Assembly (NCBI RefSeq): GCF_006345805.1
Contig: NC_042997.1
Span: forward strand, 16,058,001 to 16,122,000
Direction of reading: 5' to 3'
DNA from: Octopus sinensis
Taxonomy: Eukaryota
Length of the DNA: 64,000 nucleotides
In this document: positions 1 through 11,926 of the stretch, piece after piece
Layout: the number at the start of each line of letters is the position of its first letter
Position numbering within the stretch: the first letter of the stretch is position 1
Notes under the pieces: model-generated
Seen by the model: the letters and a program-made list of their open reading frames with translations, nothing else
Database searches by the model: none
Told to the model about the DNA's origin: nothing
Position numbers and translations under genes: made by a program

Positions 1-10
1 AGATAGATAT

Positions 11-71
<61 letters not shown>

Positions 72-74
<3 letters not shown>

Positions 75-285
75 CGGGAAGCTTTATGAAAATAAACAAA
101 AGACGAAGGCAGGTAGAATACAAACAAACAATTGTATTAGTATGGCGCTCAGGAATATAAATAAAACAAGTCTTTTACGTTTCGAGCCTACGCTCTTCAA
201 CAGAAAGATACACAGAAAAGTAACACGGAGAGAAACAAGGAGAGAAAGAAAATGCGTGCAGAGGCTAGCGAATCAACATGGCGAT
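72..285 (-). mobile_element. Non-autonomous Penelope-like ~215-bp unit (family H1) containing an HHR-like motif
   Basis: Near-identical to 40697-40909 in the opposite orientation, with the same two ends. The HHR motif is shared with the GIY-YIG-bearing copy at 28240-28945. Confidence 0.75.
171..208 (-). ncRNA. Minimal type-I hammerhead-like motif, A6U variant
   Basis: Minus strand reads UCUUU-CUGUUGA-A-GAGC(GUAG)GCUC-GAAAC-GUA-AAAGA: 5-bp stem I, 4-bp stem II, loop-less ACGU stem III. Confidence 0.65.
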
Positions 286-294
286 AGACAGATA

Positions 295-398
<104 letters not shown>

Positions 399-1140
399 AA
401 GAGAGGCATGTGCGCCAACACCAAGATGCTTTCTGCTTAGTTTCAGACTGGCAACTTCCACTCAAACTGAAGCTGTAGCAGAAAACACATATCCATGTTC
501 AATACACTAGGATCGAACCCAGAACCCCGTTATTTATCGAAATTGTTAACCGCACTGCCACGTACGTTTCTCCTTATTGCATTCGCCTGTCGTGATGTGT
601 ATTGCTTCCCTGTCTAGCTACTGGAGTAATACAATTTACTATGACAAAATAGTTACAGTGAAATCAGAAGCAAACACGTCATTCCAGTTACGAATTTGTT
701 TCTCAGCTTGCACCAAATACATACCGCTGAATCAGCAATGATTCAGAGGGTTCTGAAACAATGTCATCACTATAACAGCACGGCATTAAATGCAAATATT
801 ACAATCACTGTGCTAGTATCATGGTTTGATGGAAGAAATTTCCTACCGTTTTTATTTCTGCGTGGGCAGGAAGGGACGGGATTCGTTTTATGCGTTATAG
901 CACGATTAGTGATATACACCTCTCTGCCGCACTTGCTTGCCTACTGTGCACTTTAAGCCAATATTACTGGTAGAAAAAAAATGGAAAGTAGCGTACATTT
1001 GTAATAACATGTGAAGAGACACTGCTCTACAAACACAGACACACGCACACAGATACGCGCGGACACGCAAGCACCGACAGACAGAGAAGTGTAGACACAC
1101 ACACAGATGTTATGGTTTTTACGGTGCAAGTTCGGCAGAG

Positions 1141-1181
<41 letters not shown>

Positions 1182-1228
1182 TATATACTCACACACATAT
1201 ATATAAATATATATATATATATATAAAT

Positions 1229-1261
<33 letters not shown>

Positions 1262-1278
1262 AATATATATATGTATGT

Positions 1279-1313
<35 letters not shown>

Positions 1314-1925
1314 ATATATATATATAATATATATATATATACATACACACACATACGCACACAAAACATGCGCGCACATACGCACACACCCAAAACTCAC
1401 AATCCACGGATACACGCATATACATCCATATACGCTTACACACACACACATACAAACGCACACATACACGCACACACAACTACACGCACATACACACACA
1501 CACACAAATGAACCCACACATACATCCCATACACACGGCACTCAATTATACATACACGCACACAATTATACATACATATATATACACACACGCACATATA
1601 CACTAAGTTAAGCACAGTTGCTCGCCACACACCCAAACTCTACGCATACACACACGAACACACACATACACACACACACACCACAAACAAAACACACACA
1701 CGATACATATACATACACGCACACACACATACCTCTTTGTTTTTGACCTGTGACTGGACACAAAAAACACCACTCCTTATTCTTACCTACTGGCCAGCTA
1801 CTAGCCAGTTGTTCGCCATACACACATACACACACACACGCACAACACACACACACACACACGTTCATCATTGCACACATACACACACGCGCGCACACGC
1901 AGACCCCCGCGCACGCACACACCCA
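1141..1925. repeat. (TA)n and (CA)n compound microsatellite
   Basis: Direct reading. Confidence 0.95.
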
Positions 1926-2039
1926 CACGCATTCCCCCTCTCACTTCCTTATCTTTAACATACTGTCTTTGAAAACTCTCCTGTCTTTAAAAAACATTAT
2001 TCTTCCACCTTTCTACTTCCGGTCTTTCAATATGTGACC

Positions 2040-2260
2040 TCGTGAGTACCACCGGCGATTTTTTTCCCTCTGTCTTCCCTTCTCGGGATCTTTCCTTCTC
2101 CTATGTTTCCGACGAAGAGCTCCGCTCGAAACATTAAACCCTCTTTCTTCCCTTCTTTCCTGAGCATCCAATAATACTTTATTTGTTCCACGTCCTCGCG
2201 TTGTTGTGTTTTTTTGGGGTTTTTTTTTTTTCTGTTTGGATTATTTTGGATTAAATGATA
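2040..2260 (+). mobile_element. PLE-type end (family H2) with HHR-like motif, ending in (TA)n
   Basis: Homologous to 59290-59520. HHR-like motif at 2105-2139. Confidence 0.65.
2105..2139 (+). ncRNA. Minimal hammerhead-like motif, U4C variant with mutated stem III
   Basis: GUUU-CCGACGA-A-GAGC(UCC)GCUC-GAAAC-AUU-AAAC. Confidence 0.55.
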
Positions 2261-2264
2261 TATA

Positions 2265-2300
<36 letters not shown>

Positions 2301-2303
<3 letters not shown>

Positions 2304-3841
2304 AATATGAATGTGTTTTTATATATAATGAACGTGAAATACAGGAGGGACGACCACGGAACACAGACAAATCATTCGAAGCCTTCAATCTTCAGTCAGA
2401 CACCGAATCATCATAGCAAATTTCGGCTGTTCATTCTGATATTTGCTCCAGCTCGGCCAGCCCCAAGAAAAAAAAACTAAGCTGTAAGCATTAGATTTCT
2501 TGGTAGAAGACAGGAATGTGAACGCACAAGACGGATGTGATACAAGAGACGAAAACGAAATTGAAAACAGTAATGAATAAACAAAATTATATAACGGTGG
2601 TTGTCATACGACTTAGACCAAATGAGACAAAAACAAACACAACAACATAGCTGGCGTAGAAATAATTACCGTTCGGTAGCGGGGACACATGTTGGTCGAG
2701 ATACGAAGGCCAACAGAATGGTTAAGAAGCAGCAGGTCGCAGAGAGAGAGAAAGAGACAGAGAGAGAGGGAATCAAGAGGGTGGAAGGCAGGGGACAGAA
2801 TCAGTGACCAAGAGAAAAGGAGAAAGAAGGGATTAAGGAGGATGGGAGGAAGAGGGAGGAGGATGGGAGGAAGAGAGGGGAAGAATCGGAGGGCGCCAAA
2901 AAGTTTGGTGAAGAAGCAATGGCGGGTAGGAAAGACAGTGTGTATAGAAGTCGTGCAGGGTTTAAAATTGGACAAACAAACGAGGGGGGTGCACGTAACG
3001 CCGCAATAATATAAGAATGAATGTTTTTATATATAATGAACGTGAAATACAGGAAGGGACGACCACGGAACACAGACAAATCATTCGAAGCCTTCAATCT
3101 TCAGTCAGACACCGAATCATCATAGCAAATTCGGCTGTTCAATTCTGATATTTGCTCCAGCTCGGCCAGCCCCAAGAAAAAAAAACTAAGCTGTAAGCAT
3201 TAGATTTCTTGGTAGAAGACAGAATGTGAACGCACAAGACGGATGTGAATACAAGAGACGAAAACGAAATTGAAAACAGTAATGAATAAACAAAATTATA
3301 TAACGGTGGTTGTCATACGACTTTAGACCAAATGAGACAAAAACAACAACAACAACATAGCTGGCGTAGAAATAATTACCGTTCGGTAGCGGGGACACAT
3401 GTTGGTCGAGATACGAAGGCCAACAGAATGGTTAAGAAGCAGCAGGTCGCAGGAGAGAGAGAAAGAGAGACAGAGAGAGAGGGAATCAAAGAGGGTGGAG
3501 GCAGGGGACAGAATCAGTGACCAAGAGAAAGGAGAAAGAAGGGATTAAGGAGGATGGGAGGAGAGGGGAGGAGGATGGGAGGAAGAGAGGGGAAGAATCG
3601 GAGGGGGCGCCAAAAAGTTTGGTGAAGAAGCAATGGCGGGTAGGAAAGACAGTGTGTATAGAAGTCGTGCAGGGTTTAAAATTGGACAAACAAACGAGGG
3701 GGGTGCACGTAACGCCGCAATAATATAAGAATGAATGTTTTTATATATAATGAACATGAAATACAGGAAGGGACGAACACGGAACACAGACAAATCATTC
3801 GAAGCCTTCAATCTTCAGTCAGGACACGAATCATCATAGCA

Positions 3842-3842
<1 letters not shown>
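2301..3842 (-). repeat. Tandem repeat of a ~710-bp unclassified element (about 2.2 units), related to 26270-26590
   Basis: Unit starts recur at about 2301, 3008 and 3720; flanked by (TA)n on both sides. Confidence 0.85.
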
Positions 3843-3897
<55 letters not shown>

Positions 3898-3900
3898 ATA

Positions 3901-3955
<55 letters not shown>

Positions 3956-4180
3956 TATATATATATATATATACATATATGCATGTATAGGTATATGTAT
4001 ATATATATATGTATATGTATATATATAATGTACATATATATATGTGTGTGTGCGCGTGCATGCATGTATATGCATATATATGCATGCATATACACCCATA
4101 TATATATATGCATATATATATGCATATATAGCATACATATGCATACGTATATACCTATATATATATATATATATATATAT
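3843..4180. repeat. (TA)n-rich microsatellite
   Basis: Direct reading. Confidence 0.95.
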
Positions 4181-4305
4181 AACGGAAAGCTTTATGAAAA
4201 TAGACAAAAGACGAAGGCAGGTGGAAAACAAACAAACAATTGTATTAGTATGGCGCTCAGGAAATATAAATAAAACAAGTCTTTAACGTTTCGAGCCTAC
4301 GCTCT
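4178..4305 (-). mobile_element. Truncated family H1 PLE end (3' half of the HHR motif only)
   Basis: Matches 72-195 and stops within the HHR motif at a TA run. Confidence 0.75.
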
Positions 4306-5046
4306 ATATATATATGCATATCCGTATATGTGTGTGTATGTGTGCGTGCGCGAGTGTGTAGGCGAACATATGTGTTCACGAATGGGAAAATGTATTAAAT
4401 AACTGAAGTGAGTATAGTTTATTTGAAGCAGAAACTTCGTAGATCAAGACTCACGTTCCTGATAATTTCGGCGATTTATAAAGTTTAGAACATATCTGAA
4501 TCAAGATTTGATATTTTGTAAATAATCCGATGAATACAATCATTTTTTTTTTCTTCTACTTATTCATTATTTTGAACAGATATATGCAGTCTTTTGATCT
4601 GTATAATAGTATGTGCACATGTGGGCACAGGACGTCACGAAACGTGTACAACAAAAAAGTACAAAGCACGAGTACATGGAACATGAAATATTCTTTCGAA
4701 CAACGAAAGACACAAATGGTAATCAAAACAAACAACACAAAGAACGATCCATCATCAGCTGTTGGCTGTTTTTCTAGTTTCGGCACAGCTGTCTTGGTCG
4801 AGCCTACTTGGCGTTGTTGATTCGATGTTGACTTACTTGACATCACACGTTTAATCCCTGGCACTATTCGACTACTAAACTTCATTTAGCTTTCTGTTTT
4901 GCTTTATGCCTATGACTGCTGGTTGACTATTGAAGAACCGTAGAAAAGAAGCATCTTCTCATATAGATTTCTGTACATCTTCGACGGAGTAGAACTGACA
5001 TTTAATCTAAATTTTGGCGCTATGAGCAGAAAAATCGGTGAGAGAT

Positions 5047-5091
<45 letters not shown>

Positions 5092-5179
5092 GAGAGAGAG
5101 AGAGAGAAAGGGGGTCATACAGACAGAGACAGAAAAACAGAATTATCAAAATGCATTAAATGATGCTGCTTGCTACTAG

Positions 5180-5212
5180 CTCTCTCTCTCTCTCCCTCTC
5201 TCTCTCTCCTCC

Positions 5213-5280
<68 letters not shown>

Positions 5281-5371
5281 CTCTTTCCCTCTGCTTATGT
5301 GTATGTCTCTCTCTCTGTCTCTCTATCTATCTATCTATCTATCTATCTCTCTCTCTGTCACTCTCTCTGTC

Positions 5372-5408
<37 letters not shown>

Positions 5409-5489
5409 TTTTCCCTCTGCTTATGTGTATGTCTCTCTCTCTCTCTCTCTCTGTCTCTATTTATCTATCTATCTATCTGTCACTCTCTG

Positions 5490-5531
<42 letters not shown>

Positions 5532-5829
5532 TCTGCTTATGTGTATGTCTCTGTCTCTCTGTCTCTCTATCTATCTATCTCTCTATCTCTCTATCACTCT
5601 CTCTGTCTCTGTCTGTCTCTCTCTCTCTCTCTTTCCCTCTGCTTATGTGTATGTCTCTGTCTCTCTGTCTCTCTATCTATCTATCTCTCTATCTCTCTAT
5701 CACTCTCTCTGTCTCTGTCTGTCTCTCTCTCTCTCTCTCTTTCCCTCTGCTTATGTGTATGTCTCTGTCTCTCTGTCTCTCTATCTATCTATCTCTCTAT
5801 CTCTCTATCACTCTCTCTGTCTCTGTCTA

Positions 5830-5877
<48 letters not shown>

Positions 5878-6190
5878 TCTGCTTATGTGTATGTCTCTGT
5901 CTCTCTGTCTCTCTATCTATCTATCTCTCTATCTCTCTATCACTCTCTCTGTCTCTGTCTATCTGTCTCTCTCTCTCTCTCTCTCCTCTCTCTCTTTCCC
6001 TCTGCTTATGTGTATGTCTCTGTCTCTCTGTCTCTCTATCTATCTATCTCTCATATCTCTATCACTCTCTGTCTCTGTCTGTCTGTCTCTCTCTCTCTCT
6101 TCCCTCTGCTTATGTGTATGTCTCTGTCTCTGGTCTCTCTATCTATCTATCTCTCTATCTCTCTATCACTCTTCTGTCTCTGTCTATCTG

Positions 6191-6233
<43 letters not shown>

Positions 6234-6317
6234 TCTGCTTATGTGTATGTCTCTGTCTCTCTGTCTCTCTCTCTATCTATCTCTCTATCTCTCTATCACT
6301 CTCTCTGTCTCTGTCTA

Positions 6318-6359
<42 letters not shown>

Positions 6360-6365
6360 TCTGCT
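5180..6365. repeat. Minisatellite of ~105-135-bp units built from (TC)n/(TATC)n/(TGTC)n around a fixed core
   Basis: The core ttccctctgcttatgtgtatgtctc recurs 10 times (last copy slightly variant). Confidence 0.9.
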
Positions 6366-6495
6366 TATATGTATGTGTGTTTGTGTGTGTGTTTTCTTAA
6401 TGGGTATGGATTAGTGCATGTGTGTCTTTTGTTTCTGATTGGTTTACGCGTGTTTTTTTCTTAATGCGTACAGGCCTGTCTCTGTCTCTCGGTCC

Positions 6496-6548
<53 letters not shown>

Positions 6549-6709
6549 TCTCTCCCTCTCTCTCTCCTTCTCAATATATGTATATAACAAAACACCGTAT
6601 AACATATGTGATAGTGGAAAAGATTATGAACATTAATCGTTCGGTGCAAACACCTCGAAATCGAAACTTATCAAAAATGTGTACAAAATTTCAATATCTC
6701 AGTTGGTGC

Positions 6710-8197
6710 GCAGGCGGATCGTTTGTACGCCGGGCAAAATGTTTAGTACATTTGTCCGTTTTTATGCTCTGAGTTCAAATTCCGCCGAGGTCAACTTTGC
6801 CTTTCATCCTTTCGGGGTCGATTAAATAAGTACCAGTTACGCTCTGGGGTCGATGTAATCGACTTAATCCGTTTGTCTGTCCTTGTTATCCTTCTGTGTT
6901 TAGCCCCTGTGGGTAGTAAAGAAATAGGTATTTCGTCTGCCGTTACGTTCTGAGTTCAAATTCCGCCGAGGTCGACTTTGCCTTTTATCCTTTCGGGGTC
7001 GATTAAATAAGTACCAGTTACGCTCTGGGGTCGATGTAATCGACTTAATCCGTCTGTCTGTCTTTGTTTGTCCTCTCTGTGTTTAGCCCCTTGTGGGTAG
7101 TAAAGAAATAGGTATTTCGTCTGCCGTTACGCTCTGAGTTCAAATTCCGCCGAGGTCGACTTTGCCTTTCATCCTTTCGGGGTCGATTAAATAAGTACCA
7201 GTTACGCTCTGGGGTCGATGTAATCGACTTAATCCGTTTGTCTGTCCTTGTTTATCCTCTCTGTGTTTATCCCCTTGTGGGTAGTAAAGAAATAGGTATT
7301 TCGTCTGCCGTTACGTTCTGAGTTCAAATTCCGCCGAGGTCGACTTTGCCTTTTATCCTTTCGGGGTCGATTAAATAAGTACCAGTTACGCTCTGGGGTC
7401 GATGTAATCGACTTAATCCGTCTGTCTGTCTTTGTTTGTCCTCTCTGTGTTTAGCCCCTTGTGGGTAGTAAAGAAATAGGTATTTCGTCTGCCGTTACGT
7501 TCTGAGTTCAAATTCCGCCGAGGTCGACTTTGCCTTTTATCCTTTCGGGGTCGATTAAATAAGTACCAGTTACGCTCTGGGGTCGATGTAATCGACTTAA
7601 TCCGTCTGTCTGTCTTTGTTTGTCCTCTCTGTGTTTAGCCCCTTGTGGGTAGTAAAGAAATAGGTATTTCGTCTGCCGTTACGTTCTGAGTTCAAATTCC
7701 GCCGAGGTCGACTTTGCCTTTTATCCTTTCGGGGTCGATTAAATAAGTACCAGTTACGCTCTGGGGTCGATGTAATCGACTTAATCCGTCTGTCTGTCCT
7801 TGTTTATCCTCTCTGTGTTTAGCCCCTTGTGGGTAGTAAAGAAATAGGTATTTCGTCTGCCGTTACGCTCTGAGTTCAAATTCCGCCGAGGTCGACTTTG
7901 CCTTTCATCCTTTCGGGGTCGATTAAATAAGTACCAGTTACGCACTGGAGTCTATATAATCGACTTAATCCGTTTGTCTGTCCTTGTTTATCCTCTCTGT
8001 GTTTAGCCCGTTGTGGGTAGTAAAGAAATAGGTACTTCGTCTGCCGTTACGCTCTGAGTTCAAATTCCGCCGAGGTCGACTTCGCCTTTCATCCTTTCAG
8101 GATCGATAAGATTAGTATCAATTACACACTGGGTCGATGTAATCGACTTAATCCCTTCCCCCAAATTTGAGGCCTTGTGCTTCGAGTAGAGAGGATT
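6710..8197 (+). mobile_element. Tandem array of tRNA-derived SINE family B (six exact 184-bp units plus head and tail units)
   Basis: Junction aaagaaatag/gtatttcgtctgcc at 6928, 7112, 7296, 7480, 7664, 7848 and 8032. Each unit carries the B-box gagttcaaattcc. Confidence 0.92.
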
Positions 8198-9348
8198 CGT
8201 TGCCTAGAAGCTTCATATTATTATTATTGAGGCATATTTAACTTCATAGTAATATAATTTTGGAAAATCCTTTTATGCTTGAAACGGGATGTTGTTACAG
8301 CTTGTGGTATTGTTATAATTGTGGTATTGTTTAATTATTGTTATAATTGTGGTATTGTTTACTCATACAAGGAATTAGAAGAATTAAATTGGTCGTAAGC
8401 ATAATAATGTATCTCATTAGTTATATCTTAGATGTGGTTGCGTGCGGTTTAAAAATTCACTACCACAGGATTTTTTCACTTTGTTTTATTTTTGTAGTCG
8501 GAAGTGGTTTGCGGTAAATTTGGTTCCTATTGCTTATTAGGTGGAATACTCACGTTTTCTTTAATTTCCTATAATATATAGTTATAAGACGAACTGAGAT
8601 CCGGAACGGCCGTTTTCGCAGCTTTTATAACAGTTGTGGGAAGAAGGAATAAGATTATCTTTCAGTCTGGAATCCGTGCTCGGACGCTCCAACACATTGA
8701 ACTTCACTAAAGTAGAGTCAAATATTAACCTGTACGAGGGATATGAAAAGCCACTTTAAATTAAATAACTATGCCGATGGACCATCGATGCTTGCATATA
8801 TGCATGCATGTACGCACGTATGTATGCATGCAAGCATGCATGCAAGTATTCATACACATAGGTATGTATGCTTGCATGTATGTACGCATACGGGTTTACA
8901 TATATGTATATATCCATGTAATTATGCGCGTATGAAAATGGCGATGTTAAAAATGAAAGGTTTATATTTCTAATATTCTGTATTATATATAGCAGTTCCT
9001 AGGTAGAGCGATGCTATTAAACAACGATTTCGAAACCTAGAAACTCCCTACCTAGATGTACAACTGTATCTTCAATGGAGCACGTGGTTACATCGCTAGG
9101 CTTTTGAGTAATCAATTTGAAAAGCCGGGTGTTTCAGACAAAGAAACATACCTTCTAAACTGTATTCTGAAAATTCAATCTATAGACTTAACAGTGTAAA
9201 TATGCAAGACTTTTATGAAGTTCAGCATGTAATTCTTTGCTGTTGTCATTATATATACACTAGCAGAAATATCAACTGCTGGGCTGATTTTCTGCTTGTC
9301 ATTGTGATAAAGATACATACATACATATATACATACATACATAAATAT

Positions 9349-9597
9349 GTGGAGGCGCGTGGCTTAGTGGTTAGGGTGTCAGCACCATGATCGTAAGATT
9401 GTGGTTTCGATTCCTGGACCGGGCGACGCGTTGTTTTCTTGAGCAAAACACTTCATTTCACGTTGCTCCAGTCCACTCAGATGGCAAAAATGAGTAACGC
9501 TGCGATGGACAGGCGTCCCGTCCAGCTGGGGAACATATACGCCATAGAAACCGGGCCCATGAGCCTGGCTATGCTTTAAAAAGCGTATTTATTATTT
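9349..9597 (+). mobile_element. tRNA-derived SINE family D (MetaSINE-like central domain)
   Basis: A-box tggcttagtgg, B-box-like ggtttcgattcc; second copy at 38289. Superfamily assignment is from recall of ctgcgatggac..gtcccgtccag-type cores. Confidence 0.75.
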
Positions 9598-9767
9598 TTT
9601 TTACATACATATGTACATAATGATGATGGCTGTGCACTCGTGATCGAATAAATCCATCACTGACTACGAAGAACACCGTTGCACTCATACAAAATTACAC
9701 TTTACATTTGTCGCTCCGCTGGTGACTAATGAATCTAGCTATTGATAGATACACACGGCTGCAGATA

Positions 9768-10150
9768 AGGAGCACTCCGTCGGTTACGACGATGAGGGTC
9801 CCAGCTGATACGATCAACAGAACAGCTCGCTCGTGGAATTAACGTGCAAGTGGCTGAGCACTCCACAGACACGTGCACCCTTAACGTAGTTCTTGAGGAG
9901 ATTCAGTGTGACACAGAGTGTGACAAGGCTGGCCCTTTGAAATACAGGTACAACAGAAACAGGAAGAAAGAGTGAGAGAAAGTTGTGGTGAAAGAATACA
10001 GCAGGGTTCACCACCACACCCTGCAGGAGCCTCGTGAAGCTTTAGGTGTTTTCGCTCAATAAACACTCACAATGCCCGGTCTGGGAATCGAAACCGCGAT
10101 CCTACGACCGCGAGTCCGCTGCCCTAACCACTAGGCCATTGTGCCTCCAC
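9768..10150 (-). mobile_element. tRNA-derived SINE family C, full length
   Basis: 14-bp TSD cacggctgcagata at 9754-9767 and 10151-10164. Confidence 0.92.
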
Positions 10151-10423
10151 CACGGCTGCAGATACTGCGGACAAAACTTACCCCATTCACTACTCAGGCA
10201 GTTCGTTTTCGAACAGCTAGCCTATGTTCAGCATTGAAAACGTGTGTTCCTTCAAAAGTACCCAATCCTTCGTTTACTTGTTTCCTCCATTGAGACCGAT
10301 GACAAGTATTGCTTTCCCAGTTGACCTTCCATATCTCACATCCCTTCGACGAGGACTTTGTACAGTCTTTGACCTGTAGTCTTGGTTCCTGCTACGGACG
10401 TTTCTCACAAACAAGTTCCCCAT

Positions 10424-10837
10424 AGGCGCAGGAGTGGCTGTGTGGTAAGTAGCTTGCTAACCAACCACATGGTTCTGGGTTCAGTCCCACTGCGTGGAAT
10501 CTTGGGCAAGTGTCTTCTGTTATAGCCCCGGGCCGACCAATGCCTTGTGAGTAGATTTGGTAGACTGAAACTGAAAGAAGCCCGTCGTATATATGTATAT
10601 ATATATATATGTATGTGTGTGTGTTTGTGTGTCTGTGTTTGTTCCCCTAGCATTGCTTGACAACCGATGCTGGTGTGTTTACGTCCCCGTCACTTAGCGG
10701 TTCGGCAAAAAGAGACCGATGGAATAAGTACTGGGCTTGCAAAAAGAATAAGTCCTGGGGTCGAGTTGCTCGACTAAAAGGCAGTGCTCCAGCATGGCCA
10801 CAGTCAAATGACTGAAACAAGTAAAGGAGTAAAGGAG
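10424..10837 (+). mobile_element. tRNA-derived SINE family A, full length
   Basis: Head aggcgcaggagtggctgtgtggtaag, B-box ggttcagtccc, internal (TA)/(TG) tract, (agagtaaa)-like tail. Confidence 0.92.
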
Positions 10838-11514
10838 CATATGCCATTGTTTAGGGATCCTTTGATCACTCGTTTGAAAAAGGTGTTCAATCCTGCGTAA
10901 TCGATGCTTATGTACTATTTGTCTCAATGCCCAGGAATACGGTCCCTTTCAGGATATGTATCTGGAGTCTGTAAGGACTAGCCAACATTCAGAATGTGTT
11001 TCAGATATCTCTGATAGAAGCGTTCAAGGACCTTTGCATGATGCCTGTAAAGAGTCCACGCCTCACACGAGTAAAGGAGCGACGTTAGCACATACGGACG
11101 GTACACAGCAACTTTTGCTAACATTGTGATGCCAGGTTCAAAGATTATCTAGCTATACTACTGCAGACGGAATTTCCAGATTCATGCCCGACGTGTCGAA
11201 AGACCACTGGGAGTGAAGTACCCCTCAGACTTTTTACAGCATGTCTCTAAGAGGTCACTCTGATATGAAATCGGATGTCCAGGGTATGACACTCGACACT
11301 ACGGGGATCATTTTGTTTGCGCTTGAGATCATGGTGCTCCTAAATTCTTGAGCTTGCGACCCAAATTGGCACTAGATATCTTGAGCTTGGCTTGTCTCTG
11401 GATCATGCCAGTATGGTCCATTAGGTGTTGTGTGGGCTTTATTGAACTTCAAATTTCGTACAGGCGTTTCTGATTACTATGCAAGGGTATTGCTGCCTAA
11501 TTTTATCATATATA

Positions 11515-11667
11515 CCTACCTACCTACCTACATACATACATACATGCATACATACATACATACATTCATACATACATACATACATACATACATACATACA
11601 TACATACATACATACATACACACACGCACACACACATATATATATATACACACACATACATATATGT

Positions 11668-11715
<48 letters not shown>

Positions 11716-11720
11716 ATTTG
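11515..11720. repeat. (TACA)n/(TA)n microsatellite
   Basis: Direct reading. Confidence 0.95.
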
Positions 11721-11843
11721 AGTAGTTGAATGAATTATCTTATTAAGGATAATTCGAATTAACCGATACCTGGGTAGCAAATTCACATCAGAAAAAACAC
11801 GGTTGAAGTTACGTGCAGTTTGATGTTGACATAAGTTCCTTGC

Positions 11844-11926
11844 TTTTCCTGATGAGAAAGCAGCATAATGTACTCCTTATTCCTTCGCAATTAGGAATAT
11901 GCAGCCTTCGAAACATATGTCGAAAA
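11844..11926 (+). ncRNA. Type-I hammerhead ribozyme with canonical core (predicted cleavage after C11921)
   Basis: UUUUC-CUGAUGA-GAAAG..(extended stem II)..CCUUC-GAAAC-AUAU-GUC-GAAAA: perfect 5-bp stem I, palindromic ACAUAUGU stem III. Confidence 0.8.

Larger units (their letters stand above)
9615..11480 (-). mobile_element. Decayed RTE-clade LINE (RT C-terminus and 3' end), interrupted by two SINEs
   Basis: Minus-strand translation gives KVAVYRPYVLTSLLYSCEAWTLYRHH..LERFYQRYLKHIL, HRLRRIEHL..DQRIPKQ, GELV, WESNTCHRSQWRKQVNEGLGTFE; 3' end cagccatcatcat. Confidence 0.8.

Noticed and set aside
2370-2400. Minus-strand CUGAAGA..GAAG/CUUC-GAAU in the 710-bp unit as a hammerhead
   Set aside because: GAAU instead of GAAA, and no stem I or stem III.
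6928-8031. Regular 184-bp array as a CRISPR or tRNA cluster
   Set aside because: No unique spacers; units are whole SINE bodies lacking the A-box, in a eukaryotic context.
8728-8760. tacgaggg.. as a mariner terminal inverted repeat
   Set aside because: No matching opposite end or transposase sequence found nearby.
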